Shown piece by piece: positions 1-15,108 of a DNA stretch of 64,000 nt. The position numbers were made by a program, and so were the translations under genes. The notes under the pieces were generated by a model that saw nothing but the letters and a program-made list of their open reading frames with translations, searched no databases and was not told the DNA's origin. The stretch spans positions 19,194,303 through 19,258,302 of the forward strand of contig CM082577.2 in assembly GCA_040954595.2 (NCBI GenBank), in the 5' to 3' direction. The number at the start of each line of letters is the position of its first letter. The stretch's first letter is position 1. Source of the stretch: Balanoglossus misakiensis (taxonomy: Eukaryota; Animalia; Hemichordata).

Positions 1-494
1 CCTAATGTGACCTTCCAAATGACTTGAAATCGATTCCTATGCGAGCAACTACATAAAAAATAGTGATATCCAAGCAGCCATTTTTAGCGAAAGTTGACAG
101 AGATTTAAAAATTGCGACCCGACGACAGTTACGCAATGATCCATTGCAAGACGAGGATGCTTTCTGGGCTCATTTTGACCGAGTACTAGTAGATAGTAGC
201 TCAGAAAGTGAAGATGAAGAACAAGACCAGCCTGACATCGTTACGGACCAAGATGGTGACCCCAACCGCGCGAACGATGAAGAAGAATTTGAGCTAGAGC
301 CCGCGATCCAGCCACCCCCACCAGTTCGGCAACGAGTGAGAAGACTGCCCCGAGCCCGCGAAGTAAACCCACCACCTATGATATGGCAGGACAACATAAT
401 AAACAGTAGGCAGGCTCCCATTTATAATCAACGACGTGGACCGACGAGACAAATGCCAGCTGACAGTACACCATTAGATTATTTTCGGACATAA
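1..494 (+). pseudogene. Truncated piggyBac-like transposase N-terminus (left end lies before the window)
   Basis: Acidic SSSESEDEE tract followed by W...P.Y...GP...P.DSTPLDYF, the pattern preceding the piggyBac catalytic domain; stops right after TPLDYFR. In other units it follows TTAA-CCCTTT. Confidence 0.75.
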
Positions 495-1011
495 AGTCAT
501 CGTCATCGTCGTGTCGTGTCACAATCATTATTTTGGACATATGCTTACTGTGTGATGAAAGGTGAGAGCGCAGTCAAAAGGTCGGGCTGAATAATACAGA
601 GACTCTGAAAATATTGTACCTTATTCTTATCAAACACGTTGATGGATATTTTGACAATTGTGACATGTGAACATTTACAAAAAAATGAAATAAATTTGCT
701 TCAAACTCATTGGCAAAACAAGGACATGGAGTTGCTGTATATTTGTTATTATTGTGATATATAGGTGAGAAATATATTGGAAAATGTCTTCATTACAAAA
801 ATATGTCGTGAAATTATTGACTAGCAAGAACCATGTGTATATGTATGGCCAAGGGGAAATTTTTAACTTCTAGTTCTGAACATTAACGTTATTGCGCAGG
901 CTACTGTAACCACATTCAAATAATACATACAATTTTCTGTTGCACCAGTGCTTTGACCTTACAGTAATTAATTACTACTACACAGGTCAGGAACACTGAG
1001 AAGGCGGCCTT

Positions 1012-1415
1012 AAATTATGCATTTGGTATTGGTACATTTCGGATATATCTAAATTGTACCAATTTTAGTCTAGAAATATGTATACCTTAGGTAGCTTTTG
1101 TTTTCAAACAAATGGTTCATTAGGTATACCTAAATTATGGTTCATTTGGTATACCTATTTATGGCAAAACGACCAAATCCAAGATTTTTTTTCCAACCGA
1201 ATGAGGCATTTCAGGAATACCTAAATAGTACCTTTTCAATCGAAAAAGTATACTTTTGGTATACCAATTAGTAAATTTAAAGACCAAATCTGGACTACCT
1301 AAGGTAGCCCTTTTTCAAAGCAATAGGTACATTTTAAGTATACCTAAATAGTACCTATTTAGTCCGGGAAAGTATACCTTAGGTATATTTCTAGTGTACT
1401 AGAATTTCGTAAGGG
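1012..1415. mobile_element. One-ended CACTA/EnSpm-like non-autonomous element, GGTATACC-type subterminal repeats (present in most units)
   Basis: Many ggtatacc/ggtacc-like palindromic motifs ending in GAATTTCGTAAGGG; no matching left end. Left boundary approximate; family assignment tentative. Confidence 0.45.
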
Positions 1416-1710
1416 TGTTCCTGCACACCACCCTATTGCTGCACAATTCCTGCACAGGCTACCCTATTGCTGCACAGTTCCTGCACAGGCCATCTTACTA
1501 CTGCACAGTTCTTGCAGACTGTCCTATTCCTGCACAGTTACTGCTTGCCTTGTTCCTGCACTAGTGCAGCAACACCTCATTTGCATGCGAAAAAGTCGCC
1601 TTGCAGCAGAGCTGCAGCAACTTTCTATTGCACCGGTGCTGCAACCTTGTGGTATTGCTACTGCACCAGTGCAGCAACACTGTGCAGGAGGCCTTAAATT
1701 TTCATAAGGG
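1416..1710. mobile_element. Second one-ended CACTA/EnSpm-like element, CTGCAC/TGCAG subterminal repeats (present in most units)
   Basis: Degenerate ctgcaca/tgcag repeats ending in AAATTTTCATAAGGG, similar to the end at 1415. Confidence 0.45.
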
Positions 1711-1921
1711 CTATAGGTATGCACATAATTAATGATGTTTGAATATGATACTAGAAATGTACAGTACACTGATACACTGATCAGCTGACCTTTTGTTTAC
1801 GCATACGCCATTGCTCCGTTCTCGATCTGTCGCCGAGTCTGAATTTTTCGCACCTATAGATTTTAAAGATTTTTGAAGTCTGCAAATTCACTGGCATTGA
1901 CAAAACTATAACATAACAAGT

Positions 1922-2018
1922 ATAATGTACGCCCCATAATGTACTCGGCATTCGCCTCGCACATTATGTTGCACAATGTGTGCTTTCGTCCATTATGGGT
2001 CTTCGGGGCGTACATTAT
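1922..2018. repeat. Nested palindrome / small MITE-like hairpin (in every unit)
   Basis: ATAATGTACGCCCC (1922-1935) is the reverse complement of GGGGCGTACATTAT (2005-2018); inner CATAATGT...ACATTATG pair. Confidence 0.7.
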
Positions 2019-2042
2019 TCTCTAACCAATGATCATTGCTCA

Positions 2043-2201
<159 letters not shown>

Positions 2202-2393
2202 CTTAAAATACCATGGAATCATAGAACAATGAACTCACTGTGTTGTAATGTCCATTTTCTCTTTTGGTGATTTTTTTATCAAAGTGTCACACACCCCAGC
2301 ATGCAAGAAATTTCTCAATATATATACTGCTATCGCAGCAAAACATACCACTACTTTTGAAGTACTAGTATAATAACATAGACAGTTACCTAC

Positions 2394-2521
2394 CTGGTCA
2401 GACTAGGCAGTCAATCCAGGCATATGACTGTGTTGTTCATCTGGGCTAGTTAAGGACTGATTTCATCCATCTGCAGGATGTGAGTGGCTCTCTTAATAGC
2501 TCTCTGTTGTAGGGAATGAAG
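2394..2521 (-). pseudogene. SMG1: SMG1 pseudo-exon A (immediately upstream exon)
   Basis: Minus strand reads caacag|LHSLQQRAIKRATHILQMDEISP*LAQMNNTV(frameshift)MPGLTA*SDQ|gtagg, matching SMG1 [35 protein letters not shown]. GT-AG intron at 2202-2393. Confidence 0.88.
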
Positions 2522-2706
2522 CTGTTGAGGATAAAGTAGAGAACACATCGTCAAGTGATTTGGCTTACAGACTGACCAACACACACGTGGACAAGGGTGT
2601 TATGTCCATGAAAATCTACCTAAATATGTACATTCGCAATGGCAGAATTCATGAATGTTCCTGCAAACATCTTCAAAGAGCTACCTTGACTACCCAGTGA
2701 CATTAA

Positions 2707-3339
2707 CCCTTTGAACCTCGCTCGGAGGTTTACCGCCGCAGGATGACCTTTTGACCCCTAATTTTTCAATATGCTGACGTCAAGGCATTTTCCCGCCGAC
2801 ATTGTAAATCCAGCCATATGAAAGCAAGTTAGAAAGCTAGGGGACCCTAATGTGACCTTCCAAATGACTTGAAATCGATTCCTATGCGAGCGACTACATA
2901 AAAAATAGTGATATCCAAGCAGCGATTTTCAGCGAAAGTTGACAGAGATTTAAAAATTGCGACCCGACGACAGTTACGCAATGATCCATTGCAAGACGAG
3001 GATGCTTTCTGGGCTCATTTTGACCGAGTACTAGTAGATAGTAGCTCAGAAAGTGAAGATGAAGAACAAGACCAGCCTGACATCGTTACGGACCAAGATG
3101 GTGACCCCAACCGCGCGAACGATGAGGAAGAATTTGAGCTAGAGCCCGCGATCCAGCCACCCCCACCAGTTCGGCAACGAGTGAGAAGACTGCCCCGAGC
3201 CCGCGAAGTAAACCCACCACCTATGATATGGCAGGACAACATAATAAACGGTAGGCAGGCTCCCATTTATAATCAACGACGTGGACCGACGAGACAAATG
3301 CCAGCTGACAGTACACCATTAGATTATTTTCGGACATAA
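2707..3339 (+). mobile_element. piggyBac left end plus truncated transposase ORF (2908-3339)
   Basis: TTAA (2703-2706) then CCCTTTGAACC, followed by the transposase N-terminus ORF; no right TIR found in the unit. Confidence 0.8.
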
Positions 3340-4169
3340 AGTCATCGTCATCGTCATCGTCGTGTCGTGTCACAATCATTATTTTGGACATATGCTTACT
3401 GTGTGATGAAAGGTGAGAGCGCAGTCAAAAGGTCGGGCTGAATAATACAGAGACTCTGAAAATATTGTACCTTATTCTTATCAAACACGTTGATGGATAT
3501 TTTGACAATTGTGACATGTGAACATTTACAAAAAAATGAAATAAATTTGCTTCAAACTCATTGGCAAAACAAGGACATGGAGTTGCTGTATATTTGTTAT
3601 TATTGTGATATATAGGTGAGAAATATATTGGAAAATGTCTTCATTACAAAAATATGTCGTGAAATTATTGACTAGCAAGAACCATGTGTATATGTATGGC
3701 CAAGGGGAAATTTTTAACTTCTAGTTCTGAACATTAAAGTTATTGCGCAGGCTACTGTAACCACATTCAAATAATACATACAATTTTCTGTTACACCAGT
3801 GCTTTGACCTTACAGTAATTAATTACTACTACACAGGTCAGGAACACTGAGAAGGCGGCCTTAAATTATGCATTTGGTATTGGTACATTTCAAATATATC
3901 TAAATTGTACCAATTTTAGTCTAGAAATATGTATACCTTAGGTAGCTTTTGTTTTCAAACAAATGGTTCATTAGGTATACCTAAATTATGGTTCATTTGG
4001 TATACCTATTTATGGCAAAACGACCAAATCCAAGATTTTTTTTCCAACCTATTGAGGCATTTCAGGAATACCTAAATAGTACCTTTTCAATCGAAAAAGT
4101 ATACTTTTGGTATACCAATTAGTAAATTTAAAGACCAAATCTGGACTACCTAAGGTAGCCCTTTTTTAA

Positions 4170-4964
4170 GATGGGTCCCCGGGATCTTTTTGCAAGTTGC
4201 TATGGGCCTTTATAGGACATTACACTCAATTTTGATCGAAACCGTTATGAACGTCCGACAAGGGGCTTGTAACTAGTTAAAAATACACACGATTGTGTGC
4301 ACACCCCCTGTCCGAGTATGTTTACGGCAGCTACCGCCCGGCCATAGGCCGCCACGCTAATACGGCAAAGCAGCGGTCAGTGATAGCGTGCGCGTCCTGT
4401 AACCACAGTAACTGGATCGAACACTAAAAATCCAATGTTTTGTACAAAGAGATTTTGTACCGTTCACGAAAATCCCTAAGGCTTTTTTCATAGGCCACGT
4501 ACGCCAGTCAAATTTGATCTGCTTGTTGATAACGCACTTCCGCACAGTGTGACGGATCGTTTTTTCGGTTTTCGTCTTGCTAAGAAGCGATACCGGTGGA
4601 AGAGTGCGTCCAGAAACACCCAAAATCGATGACTTTTTCTGGTGTGGTACGGGTATGCTGAAATCGTAGGATACAACGATAATATTTGAAAACAAAATCC
4701 GTCACGATCTTCCCTGGTTCAAGCAACTAATGAATACGTATCAAGTTCGTTTTTGAGGTCACGGAATAAAAAGCCTTAGGCTTTTGAAATTTGACCTAGC
4801 TAATTTGCATATCAATGGCGTCAGAGGGCGCGCACTCACAATCGTGCAGATTTTCAACTAGTTACCAGCCCCTTGTTAGACTCTGAAAACGGCTTAGTCC
4901 AAATCGGGGTGTAATGTCCTGCAAAGGCCCATAGCAACGGGCAAAAAGATCCCGGGGACCCATC
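4170..4964. mobile_element. Kolobok-like MITE A (795 bp)
   Basis: TTAA TSD; TIR GATGGGTCCCCGGGATCTTTTTGC...GCAAAAAGATCCCGGGGACCCATC (~55 bp, imperfect); empty site visible in other units. Confidence 0.9.
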
Positions 4965-5694
4965 TTAAAGCAATAGGTACATTTTAAGTATACCTAAATA
5001 GTACCTATTTAGTCCGGGAAAGTATACCTTAGGTATATTTCTAGTGTACTAGAATTTCGTAAGGGTGTTCCTGCACACCACCCTATTGCTGCACAATTCC
5101 TGCACAGGCTACCCTATTGCTGCACAGTTCCTGCACACAGGCCATCTTACTACTGCACAGTTCTTGCAGACTGTCCTATTCCTGCACAGTTACCGCTTGC
5201 CTTGTTCCTGCACTAGTGCAGCAACACCTCATTTGCATGCGAAAAAGTCGCCTTGCAGCAGAGCTGCAGCAACTTTCTATTGCACCGGTGCTGCAACCTT
5301 GTGGTATTGCTACTGCACCAGTGCAGCAACACTGTGCAGGAGGCCTTAAATTTTCATAAGGGCTATAGGTATGCACATAATTAATGATGTTTGAATATGA
5401 TACTAGAAATGTACAGTACACTGATACACTGATCAGCTGACCTTTTGTTTACGCATACGCCATTGCTCCAGTCTCGATCTGTCTCCGAGTCTGAATTTTT
5501 CGCACCTATAGATTTTAAAGATATTTGAAGTCTGCAAATTCACTGGCATTGACAAAACTATAACATAACAAGTATAATGTACGCCCCATAATGTACTCGG
5601 CATTCGCCTCGCACATTATGTTGCACTATGTGTGCTTTCGTCCATTATGGGTCTTCGGGGCGTACATTATTCTCTAACCAATGATCATTGCTCA

Positions 5695-6173
<479 letters not shown>

Positions 6174-6358
6174 CTGTTGAGGGTAAAGTAGAGAACACAT
6201 CGTCAAGTGATTTGGCTTACAGACTGACCAACACAGAGGTGGACAAGGGTGTTATGTCCATGAAAATCTACCTAAATATGTACATTCGCAATGGCAGAAT
6301 TCATGAATGTTCCTGCAAACATCTTCAAAGAGCTACCTTGACTACCCAGTGACATTAA

Positions 6359-6505
6359 CCCTTTGAACCCCGCTCAGAGGTTTACCGCCGCAGAATGACC
6401 TTTTGACCCCTAATTTTTCAATATGCTGACGTCAAGGCATTTTCCCGCCGACATTGTAAATCCAGCCATATGAAAGCAAGTTAGAAAGCTAGGGGACCCT
6501 AATGT
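6359..6505 (+). mobile_element. piggyBac left end truncated by a ~1.6 kb deletion
   Basis: TTAA-CCCTTT start; CCTAATGT is joined to AAAGCTGCAGC of the TGCAG repeat. Confidence 0.75.
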
Positions 6506-6630
6506 AAAGCTGCAGCAACTTTCTATTGCACCGGTGCTGCAACCATGTGGTATTGCTACTGCACCAGTGCAGCAACACTGTGCAGGAGGCCTTAAATTTT
6601 CATAAGGGCTATAGGTATGCACATAATTAA

Positions 6631-6969
6631 CCCTATTGCTACCGGGTGTCATAACCCGTTAGAGTCTCAAGTCCATATAGATACGTATCATCACTGGAAT
6701 ATGTATTTAGACAGTGTTGGTTTCTTTGATTAGCTGCCATGTGTGTATTTAGACAGGGTCGTTTGCCTCAATCTAGCTGTATACACTGTTTATGATCATC
6801 TTGGCCTGATCAAATTACCCAGCAGAGGCGGTTTAGTATGTACTCAGCTGTTCAAATATTTGACATTACACATTCTGATACCAATTCATTTCTCCACAGT
6901 CAAGTATGCCCGGGATTCTAGGGGGGTAGGAAAATAACTACGTTTCCTACTGACTTGGCACAGTTAGGG
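6631..6969. mobile_element. piggyBac-type MITE (339 bp)
   Basis: TTAA TSD; CCCTA...TAGGG termini; empty site ACATAATTAATGATG in other units. Confidence 0.85.
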
Positions 6970-7283
6970 TTAATGATGTTTGAATATGATACTAGAAATG
7001 TACAGTACACTGATACACTGATCAGCTGACCTTTTGTTTACGCATACGCCATTGCTCCGTTCTCGATCTGTCTCCGAGTCTGAATTTTTCGCACCTATAG
7101 ATTTTAAAGATTTTTGAAGTCTGCAAATTCACTGGCATTGACAAAACTATAACATAATAAGTATAATGTACGCCCCATAATGTACTCGGCATTCGCCTCG
7201 CACATTATGTTGCACAATGTGTGCTTTCGTCCATTATGGGTCTTCGGGGCGTACATTATTCTCTAACCAATGATCATTGCTCA

Positions 7284-7762
<479 letters not shown>

Positions 7763-7922
7763 CTGTTGAGGGTAAAGTAGAGAACACATCGTCAAGTGAT
7801 TTGGCTTACAGACTGACCAACACAGAGGTGGACAAGGGTGTTATGTCCATGAAAATCTACCTAAATATGAACATTCGCAATGGCAGAATTCATGAATGTT
7901 CCTGCAAACATCTTCAAAGAGC

Positions 7923-8688
7923 GGCTAGTTATACTTTGCGAAACAACGAAACAGCGAAACGAAACAGCGAAACGACGAAACCATTATTAAAATAGGGGCC
8001 AGTCATCAAGACGGTGGCGTATTATTTTTTTAAAAGTTTCCAAATAAGTTCCTGGTCTGCGGCCTGGTACTAGTGGTTGCGCGCCAAAAAAGAATCCCGC
8101 CCCAAAAGGTCAATGTACGAGTATATTCACAGGGCTAAGGATTAGTTGAAACAAAGCAGTAGTGTCCGTAAGCTTTCGAGGGTCAAACACTGATGGGGGG
8201 TAAGAGTAGTAGTTATATATAGAAACACATGTAACTCACACAACACAGTATCATTGTCGAAATTTCTTTATTATCTTAATTGCAATTCATGCCTCCCAGC
8301 CTTGTGGTATTTAAGGAAATAGTGTCAGTTGCTGCCGCATTTTGAGGTTTCGATCTTTTGTGGTTTCGTTGTGCGCGCGCGTATATTCACTGTGTATATG
8401 TAGCAGTTTGGCATGAATCGTTTGCGCGCATACGACGTCGACTCTACCACTACATAGTACCAGGCCGCAGACCAGGAACTGGCGACCCGCCGTTTGTTTC
8501 CAACGCCAAATTCTAATGTTGAATTTCCGAGAAAACAATTTATCTGACCTGTAGTTTTCTTGGCTCGCTTACGTTTTAATTTGGAAACTTTTAAAAAAAT
8601 CATACGCCACCGTCTTGATGACTGGCCCCTATTTTAATAATGGTTTCGTCGTTTCGCTGTTTCGTTGTTTCGCAAAGTATAACTAGCC
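7923..8688. mobile_element. MULE/Merlin-like MITE with 9-bp TSD (766 bp)
   Basis: TSD TCAAAGAGC on both sides; ~110 bp TIR GGCTAGTTATACTTTGCGAAAC...GTTTCGCAAAGTATAACTAGCC. Confidence 0.9.
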
Positions 8689-8722
8689 TCAAAGAGCTAC
8701 CTTGACTACCCAGTGACATTAA

Positions 8723-9355
8723 CCCTTTGAACCCCGCTCGGAGGTTTACCGCCGCAGGATGACCTTTTGACCCCTAATTTTTCAATATGCTGACGTCAAG
8801 GCATTTTCCCGCCGACATTGTCAATCCAGCCATATGAAAGCAAGTTAGAAAGCTAGGGGACCCTAATGTGACCTTCCAAATGACTTGAAATCGATTCCTA
8901 TGCGAGCGACTACATAAAAAATAGTGATATCCAAGCAGCGATTTTTAGCGAAAGTTGACAGAGATTTAAAAATTGCGACCCGACGACAGTTACGCAATGA
9001 TCCATTGCAAGACGAGGATGCTTTCTGGGCTCATTTTGACCGAGTACTAGTAGATAGTAGCTCAGAAAGTGAAGATGAAGAACAAGACCAGCCTGACATC
9101 GTTACGGACCAAGATGGTGACCCCAACCGCGCGAACGATGAAGAAGAATTTGAGCCAGAGCCCGCGATCCAGCTACCCCCACCAGTTCGGCAACGAGTGA
9201 GAAGACTGCCCCATGCCCGCGAAGTAAACCCACCACCTATGATATGGCAGGGCAACATAATAAACGGTAGGCAGGCTCCCATTTATAATCAACGACGTGG
9301 ACTGACGAGACAAATGCCAGCTGACAGTACACCATTAGATTATTTTCGGACATAA
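8723..9355 (+). mobile_element. piggyBac left end + truncated transposase ORF
   Basis: Copy of 2707-3339. Confidence 0.75.
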
Positions 9356-10908
9356 AGTCATCGTCATCGTCGTGTCGTGTCGTGTCACAATCATTATTTT
9401 GGACATATGCTTACTGTGTGATGAAAGGTGAGAGCGCAGTCAAAAGGTCGGGCTGAATAATACAGAGACTGAAAATATTGTACCTTATTCTTATCAAACA
9501 TGTTGATGGATATTTTGACAATTGTGACATGTGAACATTTACAAAAAAATGAAATAAATTTGCTTCAAACTCATTGGCAAAACAAGGACATGGAGTTGTT
9601 GTATATTTGTTATTATTGAGATATATAGGTGAGAAATATATTGGAAAATGTCTTCATTACAAAAATATGTCGTGAAATTATTGACTAGCAAGAACCATGT
9701 GCCTATGTATGGCCAAGGGGAAATTTTTAACTTCTAGTTCTGAACATTAACATTATTGCGCAGGCTACTGTAACCACATTCAAATAATACATACAATTTT
9801 CTGTTGCACCAGTGCTTTGACCTTACAGTAATTAATTACTACTACACAGGTCAGGAACACTGAGAAGGCGGCCTTAAATTATGCATTTGGTATTGGTACA
9901 TTTCGGATATATCTAAATTGTACCAATTTTAGTCTAGAAATATGTATACCTTAGGTAGCTTTTGTTTTCAAACAAATGGTTCATTAGGTATACCTAAATT
10001 ATGGTTCATTTGGTATACCTATTTATGGCAAAACGACCAAATCCAAGATTTTTTTTTCAACCGAATGAGGCATTTCAGGAATACCTAAATAGTACCTTTT
10101 CAATCGAAAAAGTATACTTTTGGTATACCAATTAGTAAATTTAAAGACCAAATCTGGACTACCTAAGGTAGCCCTTTTTTAAAGCAATAGGTACATTTTA
10201 AGTATACCTAAATAGTACCTATTTAGTCCGGGAAAGTATACCTTAGGTATATTTCTAGTGTACTAGAATTTCGTAAGGGTGTTCCTGCACACCACCCTAT
10301 TGCTGCACAATTCCTGCACAAGTTACCCTATTGCTGCACAGTTCCTGCACACAGGCCATCTTACTACTGCACAGTTCTTGCAGACTGTCCTATTCCTGCA
10401 CAGTTACTGCTTGCCTTGTTCCTGCACTAGTGCAGCAACACCTCATTTGCATGCGAAAAAGTCGCCTTGCAGCAGAGCTGCAGCAACTTTCTATTGCACC
10501 GGTGCTGCAACCTTGTGGTATTGCTACTGCACCAGTGCAGCAACACTGTGCAGGAGGCCTTAAATTTTCATAAGGGCTATAGGTATGCACGTAATTAATG
10601 ATGTTTGAATATGATACTAGAAATGTACAGTACACTGATACACTGATCAGCTGACCTTTTGTTTACGCATACGCCATTGCTCCGTTCTCGATCTGTCTCC
10701 GAGTCTGAATTTTTCGCACCTATAGATTTTAAAGATTTTTGAAGTCTGCAAATTCACTGGCATTGACAAAACTATAACATAACAAGTATAATGTACGCCC
10801 CATAATGTACTCGGCATTCGCCTCGCACATTATGTTGCACAATGTGTGCTTTCGTCCATTATGGGTCTTCGGGGCGTACATTATTCTCTAACCAATGATC
10901 ATTGCTCA

Positions 10909-11387
<479 letters not shown>

Positions 11388-11572
11388 CTGTTGAGGGTAA
11401 AGTAGAGAACACATCGTCAAGTGATTTGGCTTACAGACTGACCAACACACACGTGGACAAGGGTGTTATGTCCATGAAAATCTACCTAAATATGTACATT
11501 CGCAATGGCAGAATTCATGAATGTTCCTGCAAACATCTTCAAAGAGCTACCTTGACTACCCAGTGACATTAA

Positions 11573-12205
11573 CCCTTTGAACCTCGCTCGGAGGTTTATC
11601 GCCGCAGGATGACCTTTTGACCCCTAATTTTTCAATATGCTGACGTCAAGGCATTTTCCCGCCGACATTGTAAATCCAGCCATATGAAAGCAAGTTAGAA
11701 AGCTAGGGGACCCTAATGTGACCTTCCAAATGACTTGAAATCGATTCCTATGCGAGCGACTACATAAAAAATAGTGATATCCAAGCAGCGATTTTTAGCG
11801 AAAGTTGACAGAGATTTAAAAATTGCGACCCGACGACAGTTACGCAATGATCCATTGCAAGACGAGGATGCTTTCTGGGCTCATTTTGACCGAGTACTAG
11901 TAGATAGTAGCTCAGAAAGTGAAGATGAAGAACAAGACCAGCCTGACATCGTTACGGACCAAGATGGTGACCCCAACCGCGCGAACGATGAAGAAGAATT
12001 TGAGCTAGAGCCCGCGATCCAGCCACCCCCACCAGTTCGGCAACGAGTGAGAAGACTGCCCCGAGCCCGCGAAGTAAACCCACCACCTATGATATGGCAG
12101 GACAACATAATAAACGGTAGGCAGGCTCCCATTTATAATCAACGACGTGGACCGACGAGACAAATGCCAGCTGACAGTACACCATTAGATTATTTTCGGA
12201 CATAA
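11573..12205 (+). mobile_element. piggyBac left end + truncated transposase ORF
   Basis: Copy of 2707-3339. Confidence 0.75.
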
Positions 12206-12802
12206 AGTCATCGTCATCGTCATCGTCGTGTTGTGTCACAATCATTATTTTGGACATATGCTTACTGTGTGATGAAAGGTGAGAGCGCAGTCAAAAGGTC
12301 GGGCTGAATAATACAGAGACTCTGAAAATATTGTACCTTATTCTTATCAAACACGTTGATGGATATTTTGACAATTGTGACATGTGAACATTTACAAAAA
12401 AATGAAATAAATTTGCTTCAAACTCATTGGCAAAACAAGGACATGGAGTTGCTGTATATTTGTTATTATTGTGATATATAGGTGAGAAATATATTGGAAA
12501 ATGTCTTCATTACAAAAATATGTCGTGAAATTATTGACTAGCAAGAACCATGTGTATATGTATGGCCAAGGGGAAATTTTTAACTTCTAGTTCCGAACAT
12601 GAATTTTTCGCACCTATAGATTTTAAAGATTTTTGAAGTCTGCAAATTCACTGGCATTGACAAAACTATAATATAATAAGTATAATGTACGCCCCATAAT
12701 GTACTCGGCATTCGCCTCGCACATTATGTTGCACAATGTGTGCTTTCGTCCATTATGGGTCTTCGGGGCGTACATTATTCTCTAACCAATGATCATTGCT
12801 CA

Positions 12803-13281
<479 letters not shown>

Positions 13282-13460
13282 CTGTTGAGGGTAAAGTAGA
13301 GAACACAAGTGATTTGGCTTACAGACTGACCAACACAGACGTGGACAAGGGTGTTATGTCCATGAAAATCTACCTAAATATGTACATTCGCAATGGCAGA
13401 ATTCATGAATGTTCCTGCAAACATCTTCAAAGAGCTACCTTGACTACCCAGTGACATTAA

Positions 13461-14093
13461 CCCTTTGAACCCCGCTCGGAGGTTTACCGCCGCAGGATGA
13501 CCTTTTGACCCCTAATTTTTCAATATGCTGACGTCAAGGCATTTTCCCGCCGACATTGTAAATCCAGCCATATGAAAGCAAGTTAGAAAGCTAGGGGACC
13601 CTAATGTGACCTTCCAAATGACTTGAAATCGATTCCTATGCGAGCGACTACATAAAAAATAGTGATATCCAAGCAGCGATTTTTAGCGAAAGTTGACAGA
13701 GATTTAAAAATTGCGACCCGACGACAGTTACGCAATGATCCATTGCAAGACGAGGATGCTTTCTGGGCTCATTTTGACCGAGTACTAGTAGATAGTAGCT
13801 CAGAAAGTGAAGATGAAGAACAAGACCAGCCTGACATCGTTACGGACCAAGATGGTGACCCCAACCGCGCGAACGATGAAGAAGAATTTGAGCCAGAGCC
13901 CGCGATCCAGCTACCCCCACCAGTTCGGCAACGAGTGAGAACACTGCCCTGTGCCCGCGAAGGAAACCCACCACATATGATATGGCAGGGCAACATAATA
14001 AACGGTAGGTAGGCTCCTATTTATAATCAACGACGTGGACCGACGAGACAAATGCCAGCTGACAGTACACCATTAGATTATTTTCGGACATAA
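13461..14093 (+). mobile_element. piggyBac left end + ORF with extra TAG stop (116 aa)
   Basis: Copy of 2707-3339 with CAG>TAG at 14010-14012. Confidence 0.75.
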
Positions 14094-14359
14094 AGTCATC
14101 GTCATCGTCGTGTCGTGTCGTGTCGTGTCACAATCATTATTTTGGACATATGCTTACTGTGTGATGAAAGGTGAGAGCGCAGTCAAAAGGTCGGGCTGAA
14201 TAATACAGAGACTCTGAAAATATTGTACCTTATTCTTATCAAACATGTTGATGGATATTTTGACAATTGTGACATGTGAACATTTACAAAAAAATGAAAT
14301 AAATTTGCTTCAAACTCTTTGGCAAAACAAGGACATGGAGTTGCTGTATATTTGTTATT

Positions 14360-14721
14360 ATTGTGATATATAGGTGAGAAATATATTGGAAAATGTCTTC
14401 ATTACAAAAATATGTCGTGAAATTATTGACTAGCAAGAACCATGTGTATATGTATGGCCAAGGGGAAATTTTTAACTTCTAGTTCTGAACATTAAAGTTA
14501 TTGCGCAGGCTACTGTAACCACATTCAAATAATACATACAATTGTGATATATAGGTGAGAAATATATTGGAAAATGTCTTCATTACAAAAATATGTCGTG
14601 AAATTATTGACTAGCAAGAACCATGTGTATATGTATGGCCAAGGGGAAATTTTTAACTTCTAGTTCTGAACATTAAAGTTATTGCGCAGGCTACTGTAAC
14701 CACATTCAAATAATACATACA
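14360..14721. repeat. 181-bp local tandem duplication
   Basis: ATTGTGATATATAGGTGAG begins at both 14360 and 14541. Confidence 0.9.
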
Positions 14722-15108
14722 ATTTTCTGTTACACCAGTGCTTTGACCTTACAGTAATTAATTACTACTACACAGGTCAGGAACACTGAGAAGGCGGCCT
14801 TAAATTATGCATTTGGTATTGGTACATTTCAAATATATCTAAATTGTACCAATTTTAGTCTAGAAATATGTATACCTTAGGTAGTTTTTGTTTTCAAACA
14901 AATGGTTCATTAGGTATACCTAAATTATGGTTCATTTGGTATACCTATTTATGGCAAAACGACCAAATCCAAGATTTTTTTTCCAACCTATTGAGGCATT
15001 TCAGGAATACCTAAATAGTACCTTTTCAATCGAAAAAGTATACTTTTGGTATACCAATTAGTAAATTTAAAGACCAAATCTGGACTACCTAAGGTAGCCC
15101 TTTTTTAA

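Noticed and set aside
63-494. 143-aa ORF as a functional multicopy gene family
   Set aside because: No ATG start; variants include many amino-acid changes, two independent stops and whole-ORF deletions; it is a truncated transposase.
573-583. GTCAAAAGGTC as the piggyBac right end (inverse of GACCTTTTGAC near the left end)
   Set aside because: Only an 11-bp match and not followed by an AAAGGG-TTAA terminus.
495-1010. Helitron/Helentron origin of the tandem unit (GTC microsatellite, gene capture)
   Set aside because: No convincing terminal hairpin plus CTRR end or subterminal inverted repeats identified by eye; not excluded but unsupported.
1416-1769. Cys/Ala-rich ORFs on both strands resembling metallothionein or toxin peptides
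   Set aside because: They arise from TGCAG/CTGCAC subterminal repeats and are open in several frames.
4357-4695. 112-aa ORF in MITE A and short ORFs in other MITEs
   Set aside because: No ATG start or recognisable transposase motif; likely spurious.
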